From: a virus
DNA: 64,000 nucleotides
Strand: one strand, 5' to 3'
Virus record (IMG/VR): IMGVR_UViG_3300028844_005393
Coordinates: 16,181-80,180 of that record
Shown here: one piece after another, positions 49,346-59,325 of the stretch
Numbering within the stretch: the first letter of the stretch is position 1
How the letters are laid out: every line of letters begins with the position of its first letter
Notes under the pieces: generated by a model
Told to the model about the DNA's origin: nothing
Database searches by the model: none
What the model saw: the letters and a program-made list of their open reading frames with translations, nothing else
Translations under genes and position numbers: made by a program

Positions 49346-51852
49346 ATGATGAGTTCACAGATAAGTTATCTGAGTTTCTAGTAGACGATTTACTAAACGA
49401 AGATAATAACATAAGAAAGGTTATAGGAATTTATCCAGGTAGATTTCAACCTGCTGGTGTGCATCACTATAAAACATATAAATGGTTAGACGGTAAATTT
49501 GATAAAGCATATGTAGCAACTAGCAATAAAACCGATTCCTCTAAAAGTCCATTGAGTTTTAAAGAAAAGAAAATGATATGGACAAGGCACAAAGTCAAAA
49601 ATGTAGTTCAAGTTAAAAATCCATATGTTTGTGAAGAAATACTCAAAAAATATGATCCCAACACAACTGCGGTGATTTATATATTCGGAGAAAAAGATGC
49701 AGGTAGATTAAAAACAACAAAAGCAGATGGTTCTCCTGCTTATTATCAATCGTATGAAAAAAACAAAAACAATTTAAAACCATACGGAGAACATGGATAT
49801 TTTATTGTTGCTCCTCACGTAAGCATTAAAGTTCTGGGTAAAGAAGTAAGTGGAACACGAATTCGTGAATTACTTGGAAGTCCAAAATATTCCGATGAAC
49901 AAAGAAAAAAAGCATTTGAAGAATTGTTCGGTTGGTACGATGAAAAAATTTATGATTATTTAACAAAAAAGTTTGCAACCTTATTTGAAAACGAAGAAAT
50001 ATTTGAAAATTTCTTAACAGAGTATCCAAACTTTAAAAAGTTTGTAAACAATATACCGACACTATTAAGTGAAATAAGTTCAGTTGCAAGTCAAGGTCTT
50101 CCTTTTGTAGATGATGGACCCAGTATGTTTTATCCTGGTAAATCATACGAAGGGTACACCAATGAACGAGCACAACAATTGGGATATGATTTACTTGATT
50201 ATGTAGTAGGAAAGCATGGACTTGGTCGCAATGCTGACTATCGTGAATGGGGCAAGTATGCCGGTCCAGTTCCTGCCGTAAGTTTTTATCCTGCGGGTGA
50301 TATAGATGTAAAAACACCAATGAACCAAATTGATACAGATTCGTCCAAAACTGCACATGAACAATGGGTTGGGTTTATTAACGGAGTTGCAGAAACTGCT
50401 GGATACAAACTTGTTGATTTTCTTGGTTCTGATAAGTCAATTCGTAAGAAAGATGAACAAGGAAATGAAGATCTAAGATCAGGAACAAATACCATAGACA
50501 CCAATAAATCGGAAGATGGGGAAGAAGTGGATAAAGGTGTAGAAGGTCATGCTATCAAAGAAGTATTATTAACAGAAGGAGGTGCGGCTGGTCATATGAG
50601 TCATCCTTTTGATGATCGTGATTTAACATTTGGAGATTTAAAAGAAATGATTCGGAGGTCATTATCAGGTGAATTAAATGTCGAGAAAGAAGTTACTGAA
50701 AAACTTGATGGTCAAAATTTAATGTTTTCTTGGAAGAATGATCAATTAGTGGCTGCAAGAAATCAAGGCCATTTAAAAAACGCAGGTGCAGCTGCTCCTA
50801 ATGTAAAAGAATTTGAAAGTATATTTGCTGATCGTCCTGAAAATATTCGTGATGCATTTGTGGGGGCGGTTACGGATTTAGAATCTGCTATATCCAAGTT
50901 GAGTGAAAAACAACGAAGTAAGGTATTCAAAGAAGGTGAACGTTTTATGAATATAGAGGTAATGACACCTGCAACGCAAAATGTTATTCCTCAGAATGTA
51001 GATATGTTAGTATTTCACGGAACACAGGCATATGATTCCGCAGGAAAAGCAGTTAGTGAAGATTCCGATGGAAATGACATTACCTCAGAATTAAAAGACT
51101 CTGCTAGAATGCTTAAAGGTATGTTAAAGCAAGTAAATGCAGATGTTCAAAAAAGATATTCATTAAACGCACCAATTGTTGTGGAATTACCTAAAAGCAA
51201 AAGTTTTGGTGATTCGTTTGCGAAATATTCTGCAATGCTTGATAAATTAAAAAAGAAATTTAAATTAAAAGATAACGATAAAGTTATGAAATACCACGAT
51301 GCTTGGTGGAGAGATTTATTAAACAAACAACAAAATAAATCAAAAGAAATATTTCCACCAAAAGTGTTTGAAGCATTAATAGGTCGTTGGGCATACAACG
51401 ATAAATCAAATAAAATTACTACAATTCGTATGGATTTAGAAAAACAACCTAAATTAAAAGCATGGGTTAATAAATTTGACAAAGAAGATTTAGTAAAACA
51501 ATTTGAAGAAAATATGTGGCCATTTCAATTCATCTTTTTGAAATTAGGTGCGGAAGTTCTTCAAAATGTAAAAGGATTCGTTGCGGCCGGTGGAAGTGAT
51601 GATATAGCAAAAGCACTTGATGCTCATGTTAAAACACTTGAAGGTAAGAAACTAAGTTCGGTGGAATCTCCCGATAAGTTTAAAAAAGACATGGAGAAAC
51701 TAAATAAAAATCTTGCTCGTTTAAATGCTATTGGAGGAAGTAAGTCAATTGCACCAACAGAGGGTGTTGTATTTCAATACAAAGGTGGAACATATAAACT
51801 TACAGGTACATTTGCTCCTATAAATCAAATTATGGGAATAATGAGGTTTTAA
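49342..51852 (+). CDS. Fusion: HIGH-type cytidylyltransferase-like domain, linker domain, and ATP-dependent ligase-like nucleotidyltransferase
   Basis: YPGRFQP.G.HH, SPLSF.EK, SGT.IR; then TEKLDG (I), ARN, NIEV (III), VFH (IIIa), EGVVF (IV), YKLT (V). Confidence 0.8.
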   Translation: MNDEFTDKLSEFLVDDLLNEDNNIRKVIGIYPGRFQPAGVHHYKTYKWLDGKFDKAYVATSNKTDSSKSPLSFKEKKMIWTRHKVKNVVQVKNPYVCEEILKKYDPNTTAVIYIFGEKDAGRLKTTKADGSPAYYQSYEKNKNNLKPYGEHGYFIVAPHVSIKVLGKEVSGTRIRELLGSPKYSDEQRKKAFEELFGWYDEKIYDYLTKKFATLFENEEIFENFLTEYPNFKKFVNNIPTLLSEISSVASQGLPFVDDGPSMFYPGKSYEGYTNERAQQLGYDLLDYVVGKHGLGRNADYREWGKYAGPVPAVSFYPAGDIDVKTPMNQIDTDSSKTAHEQWVGFINGVAETAGYKLVDFLGSDKSIRKKDEQGNEDLRSGTNTIDTNKSEDGEEVDKGVEGHAIKEVLLTEGGAAGHMSHPFDDRDLTFGDLKEMIRRSLSGELNVEKEVTEKLDGQNLMFSWKNDQLVAARNQGHLKNAGAAAPNVKEFESIFADRPENIRDAFVGAVTDLESAISKLSEKQRSKVFKEGERFMNIEVMTPATQNVIPQNVDMLVFHGTQAYDSAGKAVSEDSDGNDITSELKDSARMLKGMLKQVNADVQKRYSLNAPIVVELPKSKSFGDSFAKYSAMLDKLKKKFKLKDNDKVMKYHDAWWRDLLNKQQNKSKEIFPPKVFEALIGRWAYNDKSNKITTIRMDLEKQPKLKAWVNKFDKEDLVKQFEENMWPFQFIFLKLGAEVLQNVKGFVAAGGSDDIAKALDAHVKTLEGKKLSSVESPDKFKKDMEKLNKNLARLNAIGGSKSIAPTEGVVFQYKGGTYKLTGTFAPINQIMGIMRF

Positions 51853-51854
51853 TC

Positions 51855-52694
51855 ATGGAAGAAAAAAAACTTTCCATCGCAACCAGAAGAAAGTTGGCAA
51901 GAGTCGCAAAAAGAACTGCGAAAAAACGACAACTTAAACGTAAGTTAATGGCAAAAAGACCAAAGACGGGTGAACGATTAAAAAAGGCCGCACAAAAAGC
52001 TGCCAAGAATGCGTTGGTAAAAAAGATGACAGGTGGTAAATCTTATTCCGATCTAAGCATGACCCAAAAACAAACACTTGATAATAAATTAAAACCTGCA
52101 ATTATTGCAAGAGTAGCAAAAAAAATGTTACCAAAAGTTCGTGCAAAAGAAAAAGAAAGATTAAAGAAAATGAGACAAAAAACAGATGAACAATTTGGTG
52201 TAAGTAAACATAAAGTAGGTGGTGGTGAAATGAATGTATCTGGTGTAAATAAAAATGGTAACATAGAACCATTAAAATTTGATAACAAAGAAAATGCAAA
52301 AAAACACTCAAAAGAAGTTGGTGGTAAAATAATCCAAGATAGTGATGGTACTTATTATGTAGAATTTACAAAAATAGATGGGCCTGTTAACAAAACTTTA
52401 AAAATGGAAGATAAAGAAAAAGAAGAAAATTTAAAAGATTTAAAAGCAATATTAGATGTTGCTAAAATGCTTAGTGATAAAAGTTCATATTTTAAAGGAC
52501 GTGGTAGCAAAAAAGAATATATTAAAATGCTTGTTCATAAAATTAGAAAGTTGTCCGAATCAAAGAAACAAAAATTAATGACAAGAATAGACGCATATAA
52601 TAAGGTTAGAAAAACTACATTACCTAAAAGTCGTCCAATGCAAAGTAAAAAGAAATATAATCGTGCTGACTTTAAAAAAGGTAAATATGATTAA
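51855..52694 (+). CDS. Highly basic hypothetical protein, possibly a DNA-binding internal head protein
   Basis: Lys/Arg/Ala-rich first 110 aa; modular segments separated by xxE junctions. Confidence 0.6.
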   Translation: MEEKKLSIATRRKLARVAKRTAKKRQLKRKLMAKRPKTGERLKKAAQKAAKNALVKKMTGGKSYSDLSMTQKQTLDNKLKPAIIARVAKKMLPKVRAKEKERLKKMRQKTDEQFGVSKHKVGGGEMNVSGVNKNGNIEPLKFDNKENAKKHSKEVGGKIIQDSDGTYYVEFTKIDGPVNKTLKMEDKEKEENLKDLKAILDVAKMLSDKSSYFKGRGSKKEYIKMLVHKIRKLSESKKQKLMTRIDAYNKVRKTTLPKSRPMQSKKKYNRADFKKGKYD

Positions 52695-53088
52695 ACTCAA
52701 TGGAAAGTTTTATTTAAAATATAACGAAGTTGAACAAGAAATATCTAATGTAGCAAGGAAATTTCGTACTTCACATCGTGCAGTTTTACCCCAACAAGTA
52801 ACTTATTTAGATAGAGAATTTGTACTTGCACTACAAGATGAAGCAAATAACCTTATATTATTTTGTAGTTATTTGTTTGGTAATGACGAAGAATATTGCT
52901 CGTCAACACAAGTTATACAGTGTGCACATGATAGATTGAGAAAAGAGGAACACTGCTCTTCACAATTAAGATTTATGCAATATGATTTAAGTGATAAGCA
53001 ACGAGAAAAATACAGAAATTTATATCTAAATTATCTGGTTAATGTTTTTTTAGATGAATGTATAAAAGATTTTGAAAAATTATCTTGA
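52687..53088 (+). CDS. Hypothetical protein
   Basis: ATG at 52687 overlapping the upstream stop. Confidence 0.6.
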   Translation: MIKLNGKFYLKYNEVEQEISNVARKFRTSHRAVLPQQVTYLDREFVLALQDEANNLILFCSYLFGNDEEYCSSTQVIQCAHDRLRKEEHCSSQLRFMQYDLSDKQREKYRNLYLNYLVNVFLDECIKDFEKLS

Positions 53089-53094
53089 TAATAA

Positions 53095-53122
53095 TTGACA
53101 AATAACGTTTTAAATGTATTAT
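53095..53122 (+). promoter_or_regulatory. Sigma70-type promoter
   Basis: TTGACA-N16-TATTAT, 7 nt before the ATG at 53130. Confidence 0.5.
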
Positions 53123-53129
53123 TGATAAT

Positions 53130-53756
53130 ATGGCTAAAATGGATAAAGATGATTTGAAGTACGTGATTAAACGTTCACGTAAAGTATTTCAAGGAGAAGA
53201 ACTTCCAAAAGTTCATGGTTACGAAGGGGAAGTCGAAGACTTAGTAATTCGTCAACCTGGAGAAGTTTGGACAGACAAAGATGGAAAAGAGTGGAAGCAA
53301 GTTGGTGCTACTTCAAAAGTAAGAACTGAAACCTTGATGGACAAAGTAAGAAAGAGTTTACGAGAAGCACCTAATTGCCCAAAGGAAATGTGCTCCGTTG
53401 ACCCATCTAAATATTTAGATAAAAGAATGCTTGCGAAACGTGGAATGTGCTTTGATTGTGTTCAAGAGTTTGAGCAAAAACTAAAAGACGAGGATAAGTA
53501 CGAAGCATATGAAAAAAAGACTATGCTTGAAAACGAACTTAGTTTTCTATTAGACACTAAAACAAAACTGGTGGAATCAAAAGAACATATTACAAACGAT
53601 CCTAAGTTCTTAAATGAAGATGGTTCACTTGAGCAGTGGAACATTCCAAACAAAGAGCAAGTAATGGACGATTTAGAAAAAGACTTAGAAGAACTTGAAA
53701 CTCGTTTAAAAGAAGTTGAAGATAATCTACAAGAATATGCTGACATGACTTTTTAA
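53130..53756 (+). CDS. Hypothetical Zn-binding/coiled-coil protein upstream of terL
   Basis: GEVW.D.DGKEW.Q, CP...C and CFDC motifs, C-terminal coiled coil. Confidence 0.7.
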   Translation: MAKMDKDDLKYVIKRSRKVFQGEELPKVHGYEGEVEDLVIRQPGEVWTDKDGKEWKQVGATSKVRTETLMDKVRKSLREAPNCPKEMCSVDPSKYLDKRMLAKRGMCFDCVQEFEQKLKDEDKYEAYEKKTMLENELSFLLDTKTKLVESKEHITNDPKFLNEDGSLEQWNIPNKEQVMDDLEKDLEELETRLKEVEDNLQEYADMTF

Positions 53757-53826
53757 AAAAGTTTCGACGATACCTTGAAACTTTTTATATTATAGAAAAT
53801 CTAAATAAATATATATTTATCCTTTA

Positions 53827-55428
53827 ATGGCAGGTAATGAAAAAATTCCATTAAGGGAAATAATAAAGCAAGAATATACTGAATGTTTGAAATCTCCTGC
53901 ATACTTTATGAAAAAGTATTGCAAGATTCAACACCCAACACTTGGAACAATTCCATTTGCTTTATACGAATTCCAAACCAAGACATTGGAAAGTTTTCGT
54001 GACGAACAATTTAATATCGTATTAAAAGCACGACAAATGGGAATATCCACTCTTGTATCAGGATACGCACTGTGGTTAATGACCTTTTTTACAGATAAAA
54101 GTATTCTTTGTATTGCCATCAACCAAGAAACTGCAAAGAATATCGTTACTAAAGTAACTCATATGGCAGATTTTCTACCTTCGTGGTTACGAAGTGAGTG
54201 TACCGAGAAGAATAAACTTAGTATGCGTTTCAAAAATGGAAGTAATATTCGTGCAGCCTCAAGTAGTGTAGATGCTTCTCGTTCGTCCTCTCTGAGTTTA
54301 CTTATCGTGGACGAGTGTGCGTTTATTACAAACATGGAAGATATATGGACTGCATCACAATCTACGATTACAACTGGTGGTCGTTCTATTCTATTATCAA
54401 CTCCAAATGGTATCGGTAACTTTTTCCACAAAACTTGGGTTGGTACTATGGATGGATCAAATGACTTTAATCCAATTAATTTGCATTGGTCATTGCACCC
54501 TGATCGTGATCGAAAGTGGAGAGATTTGCAAACAAAAGTTCTTGGAGAAAAAGACGCAGCCCAAGAATGTGATTGTGACTTTATTAGCAGTGGTCGTTCG
54601 GTAGTAGATGCAAGTTTAATTGAGTGGTATAAAAAAACTATGATGAAACCACCTGTTGAAAAACGAGGTGCAAATAAAGAATATTGGATATGGGAGTATC
54701 CAAATCATAACAAAGATTATGTAGTTGCGGCCGACGTTGCCCGAGGTGACGGACGAGACAAAAGTGCATTTCATGTATTTGATGTAGAAAATGTTAAACA
54801 AGTTGCCGAATTTAAAGGTGAAGTGGAAACAAAAGACTTTGGTAATTTATTAGTAGCAGTTGCAAGTGAGTTTAATGGTGCATTGTTGGTGGTGGAAAAT
54901 GCAAATATAGGTTGGGCAGTATTGCAACAAATTATAGACAAAGGATATAGCAATTTATATTACACACAAAGAGATTATCAGTACATAGATGAATTTTCAC
55001 AACATACCAATAAACTAAATCGTATGGAGAAAAAACAAGTTCCTGGATTCACAACATCTATAAAAACTCGTCCACTCATTATTAGTAAGATGGAAAGTTA
55101 TGTTCGTGAAAAGGAGGTTGAAATTCAATCCGAACGAACACTTGATGAATTATTTACATTTGTGTGGAATGGTCAAAAAGCAGAAGCAATGCAAGGATAT
55201 AACGATGACTTGGTTATGAGTTTATGTATTTCATTGTGGGTGCGTGATACTGCACTAAGATTTAGGTCAGAAAACGTTCAATCGCAGAAATCATTGTTTG
55301 ATTATATGGGAAGTACAACAAATTTAAGTGTTGGCAAAAACTTTGCAAAGTCTGGATTAAAAACAAATCCATACGAAATGAAAAACCCACACGGTGGAAC
55401 AGAAAATTTAGATTGGTTATTACAATAG
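53827..55428 (+). CDS. terL: Terminase large subunit
   Basis: KARQMGIST (Walker A), LLIVDE (Walker B), LSTPNG, ADVARGDG.D.S, NDDLVM. Confidence 0.96.
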   Translation: MAGNEKIPLREIIKQEYTECLKSPAYFMKKYCKIQHPTLGTIPFALYEFQTKTLESFRDEQFNIVLKARQMGISTLVSGYALWLMTFFTDKSILCIAINQETAKNIVTKVTHMADFLPSWLRSECTEKNKLSMRFKNGSNIRAASSSVDASRSSSLSLLIVDECAFITNMEDIWTASQSTITTGGRSILLSTPNGIGNFFHKTWVGTMDGSNDFNPINLHWSLHPDRDRKWRDLQTKVLGEKDAAQECDCDFISSGRSVVDASLIEWYKKTMMKPPVEKRGANKEYWIWEYPNHNKDYVVAADVARGDGRDKSAFHVFDVENVKQVAEFKGEVETKDFGNLLVAVASEFNGALLVVENANIGWAVLQQIIDKGYSNLYYTQRDYQYIDEFSQHTNKLNRMEKKQVPGFTTSIKTRPLIISKMESYVREKEVEIQSERTLDELFTFVWNGQKAEAMQGYNDDLVMSLCISLWVRDTALRFRSENVQSQKSLFDYMGSTTNLSVGKNFAKSGLKTNPYEMKNPHGGTENLDWLLQ

Positions 55429-55437
55429 GAGATTTAT

Positions 55438-56043
55438 ATGAAAACATCAGTAAATATATTATTATCAGCAATATTACTTTTTAGTGGTGGGTGTGCAACT
55501 CAATCACTTTTACCCACACAAGGAATTTATACTGAATCCACATTTGAAACATATAATCAAGTAGAAACTGTTGTAAATAAAATTAAAATCGGTAAAACAA
55601 AATATTCTGATTTAGTTAAAATGGGACTAGATTTAGAAAAAATACCAAACGTAAAAAAACTAACTTATTTAGATGTTATGACTAAATTTAAATTGGATAG
55701 TCCATCCAGATATACAATTTTCAATGATATAGAATTACCTGAAGGTGTATTAAAAACATTATCTGCACGTGAAAACGGATTAGCATATGAAATTAATTTA
55801 GAAAGAATTACAAATCAAAGAGAAGGAAGTTTGATTTTAGATATGCTAAATTTTAGAAAAAATGTTCATATAACTGGATGGAATATTAGTGTTTTAATAT
55901 TAATTGTAGATGACACTGTAGAATATGTTTTGTATTCTGGTGAAAAGAATATAAACAAACGTGAACTTGAAAAGAACCCACTTGGTCCATTTCAAGGTTT
56001 TGATGGTGGTGATATAGTTGGGGTTGCCAGTGACTTGAACTAA
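55438..56043 (+). CDS. Putative lipoprotein
   Basis: MKT + hydrophobic stretch + LFSGG|C lipobox-like site; AGGAG RBS. Confidence 0.7.
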   Translation: MKTSVNILLSAILLFSGGCATQSLLPTQGIYTESTFETYNQVETVVNKIKIGKTKYSDLVKMGLDLEKIPNVKKLTYLDVMTKFKLDSPSRYTIFNDIELPEGVLKTLSARENGLAYEINLERITNQREGSLILDMLNFRKNVHITGWNISVLILIVDDTVEYVLYSGEKNINKRELEKNPLGPFQGFDGGDIVGVASDLN

Positions 56044-56053
56044 TATATATTTG

Positions 56054-56082
56054 TTGACAATAAGTTGTATATATTTTACAAT
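56054..56082 (+). promoter_or_regulatory. Sigma70-type promoter upstream of portal
   Basis: TTGACA-N17-TACAAT. Confidence 0.6.
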
Positions 56083-56105
56083 CATTTAATTTATAAGGTT
56101 ATATC

Positions 56106-57906
56106 ATGGCAGACGAAACTAGAACAAAAAAACTATTACGTGGGTTGAAAAAATTATTTTCAACTGATGTAGTTGTTAGAAATGTAGGTGGAAAGAAGTT
56201 AAAAGTTGTAGATACTGATAACATCCAACACTCATCCAAGACCAAAGACAGATACGGTCGTATGCACACTTTGTATAGTGATTATGCGAGTAAATACAAT
56301 AACATAGGATTTGAAACTGCGAGACTTGAGTTGTTTTCGGACTACGATACAATGGAAAATGATCCTATTATTGCAAGTGCATTAGACATATACGCAGATG
56401 AATGTACAACCAGAAGTGAATTTGGTGATGTTTTGAGAATTTCAAGTCCGGATTCTAACATTAAAGGCATTCTTGAAAATTTATTTTATGAAATATTAAA
56501 TGTAGAGTTTAATTTATGGGGATGGACTCGTAATATGTGCAAATACGGTGATTTTTATTTAAATTTACAAATTGAACCAGAGTATGGTGTTTTAAATGTA
56601 AAACCTATATCTACCTATGAAATGACACGGATTGAAGATATGGATCCTGCAAATCCAAATTATGTTATTTTCAAACAAGAAGGTGAAGTCAAAGATCAAT
56701 ATGAAAATTATGAAATCGCACACTTTAGAATGCTAGGTGACAGTAACTTTTTACCCTATGGAAAAAGTGTAATTGAACCTGCTCGGAGAACATGGAAGCA
56801 ACTTCAACTTATGGAAGATGCTATGTTGATTCATCGTGTAATGAGAGCACCTGAGAAACGAATGTTTTATATAGATATCGGTAACATCCCACCGAACGAA
56901 GTTGATAACTTTATGCAGAAAGCAATCAACAAAATGAAAAAAGTTCCATTTGTTGATGAACAAACGGGAGATTATAACCTAAAATTCAATCTACAAAACA
57001 TGACTGAAGACTTTTTTATGCCAGTTCGTGGTGGTGATAGTGGTACACGGATTGAAAATTTAGGAGCAATGACATACGATGGAACAGAAGATATTGAGTA
57101 TTTAAAAAATAAAATGATGGCTGCATTAAAAGTACCAAAGGCATTTTTAGGTTATGATGAAAGTATAACTGGTAAAGCAACTTTGGCAGCAATTAACAAA
57201 AATTGCAGTAGTTCATCTGTATTCACAAGGTTACACAGATGCAAAACTTGTAGATTTTAGTCTTCAATTAACTAATCCATCTACTATTTTTGAAGAAGAA
57301 CGCATACGAATATTCGGTGAGAAGTTAAATACCGCACGTGATATGGTTGATGCAAAGTTCTTTTCTAAAGAATGGATTTATAATAATATTTTCAATATAT
57401 CCAACGATGAACAAGAAGAAATTAGAAACTCATTTGTAGATGATGCAAAAGAATTTTATAGACTAGAAGCAATTCAAAACGAAGGAACTGATCCTGCTGA
57501 TCCAAATGCGGTTACTGATTCTGAAGAAGGTGATGAGGAAACTTGGGGGTTTGGTAAGTTTGAAAACATGACAGATGAAGAAAAAGCAAGAGTAAAAGAA
57601 CGAGAAAAGGAAGAAAAGAAACGCAGAAATGCGGATAAAGAATATGATCATCCTGACGATAAACCTATGGGTCGTGATCCACTTGGTAGAGACGAAAGAA
57701 AAGTATCTGGTAGATCATGGTCAGAAAGTCCTCTAAAGTTAGAGTCCGATTTACAACGACTGGATAAATTTTTAAATAAGAATTCAAATAAATCTGTGCA
57801 ACAGAAAAAGCAGATTATCTCCGAGTCTAAAGAAAAACGAGATATTAAAAAAGAACTTAATGATATAATGAATGATGATAAATCTAAAATAGAAGAATCA
57901 AAATAA
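56106..57906 (+). CDS. Portal protein (T4 gp20-like), interrupted by a frameshift at about 57192
   Basis: ALDIYADE, MEDAMLIHRVMRAPEKRMFYIDIGN.P, EDFFMPVRGG, ALKVP. Portal-like sequence continues in the +1 frame from 57193 (LTKIAVVHLYSQG..) to 57906. Confidence 0.9.
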
Positions 57907-57989
57907 CAAATATTTTAAGAAAAAAATCAATAATTATATTTATATCCATATTTATGTTTGTATACATTTTATCTAGATAATAATTTCAC

Positions 57990-58856
57990 GTGAAAAAATT
58001 AAAGCATAGTAAGTTTAAAAACACAGGAATTCTGTTTGAGTTACTCATCAGACAGATAACTGCTGACATACTTGATAGTAGTGAATCTCCTGCTAATAAG
58101 TTGGTAAAAAAATACTTTGCTGAAGATACTGATTTAGGAAAAGAGCAACGTTTGTACCAAGTTTTACTTGAAGAAACATCTAAAACCGAAGGTTCTGCAT
58201 ATAAACTTGTGGATGCGGTTGTAACTGAGCATAAAAAACTTGATAGCAAAGTTTTATCTCGTCTTCGTTATGAATTAGTTAAAGAAATGAAAGATGTATA
58301 CCCAATCGATGACTTTTTTCGTTCTAAGATAAGAAACTACAAAACATACGCAAGTATCTACAAACTTTTTGAAGGAAGTAAAAATGATGTATTTTGTGAT
58401 CCACGTGAATTAGTTGAATCTAAAAATACTATCGTAGGTGGGTTATGTAGAAATAAAGTTGTCAATAACGAACTTGGTCAATTAGAAGATTATGTTCAAC
58501 ATAACGAAGATTTAAGACTTATTTCATATAAACTATTAGTAGATAGATTTAATGAAAAGTATAGTGAACTTAATGAAGATCAAAAATTATTACTCAAAAA
58601 CTATATTAATAATATTTCAAATACAAATAGTTTGAGAGAATACATCAACGAGCAACTTCCTGTAATTAAGACTAAAATTGATAAATTGAGTGCCAATATT
58701 GATGATGATGTAGTCAAAATCAAACTTAAAGAGGTAACTACACAACTCAATAAAGTCAGAGAAGGCCGTGTGGTGAAAGATTCACAAGTTTCTGCTGTAT
58801 TAATGTCGTATGAATTGATAAAGGAACTTGAAAAGAATGAGCAACCAACGAAATAA
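57990..58856 (+). CDS. Conserved-looking head-module protein
   Basis: GTG start, KHSKFKNTGILFELL; lies between portal and protease, after a double ATATTTAT. Confidence 0.7.
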   Translation: MKKLKHSKFKNTGILFELLIRQITADILDSSESPANKLVKKYFAEDTDLGKEQRLYQVLLEETSKTEGSAYKLVDAVVTEHKKLDSKVLSRLRYELVKEMKDVYPIDDFFRSKIRNYKTYASIYKLFEGSKNDVFCDPRELVESKNTIVGGLCRNKVVNNELGQLEDYVQHNEDLRLISYKLLVDRFNEKYSELNEDQKLLLKNYINNISNTNSLREYINEQLPVIKTKIDKLSANIDDDVVKIKLKEVTTQLNKVREGRVVKDSQVSAVLMSYELIKELEKNEQPTK

Positions 58857-59325
58857 ACTCAAGCAGTTAATTCGTTCAATTTTAGAAGAAATAATTTCGG
58901 AAGAAGATTCCGACATCATCGAAGTAAATACAACCGGTAACATTGAAGGTTACCAAACTCCCCGTGCGTTTGCAGGTACAGATGAAGATGAGCATAAAAA
59001 ACGCATAAAAGATAAAGCAGAGGTATTTGATTACAAATCTATTGAAAATGAAAAAACCAATACTGTAAAATTGAGTGAAGGTCGTAGTCTTTATCATATG
59101 TTTCGTGACCACCCGGATTTAACACCAAAACAAAAAATAGGTGTAACAATGCGACAAGTTAATAAAAGTTTGGCAGAGGTTGAGAAATTTTTAAATGTAG
59201 CATCAAAATTTAAAATGGAAAATGATGTATCCAGTAGTTCTTATTGGAAAACTACAAGTAAGTATCTTCTTAAATTAGACGAAAAGATACAAAGAATAAA
59301 TCAAAAACTAAAAGAATTAAAGTAA
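58837..59325 (+). CDS. Hypothetical head-module protein
   Basis: ATG at 58837; LKQLIRSILEE helix and GYQTPRAF motif. Confidence 0.7.
   Translation: MSNQRNKLKQLIRSILEEIISEEDSDIIEVNTTGNIEGYQTPRAFAGTDEDEHKKRIKDKAEVFDYKSIENEKTNTVKLSEGRSLYHMFRDHPDLTPKQKIGVTMRQVNKSLAEVEKFLNVASKFKMENDVSSSSYWKTTSKYLLKLDEKIQRINQKLKELK

Noticed and set aside
53827-55428. Intein or intron in terL
   Set aside because: Normal length and continuous motif order.
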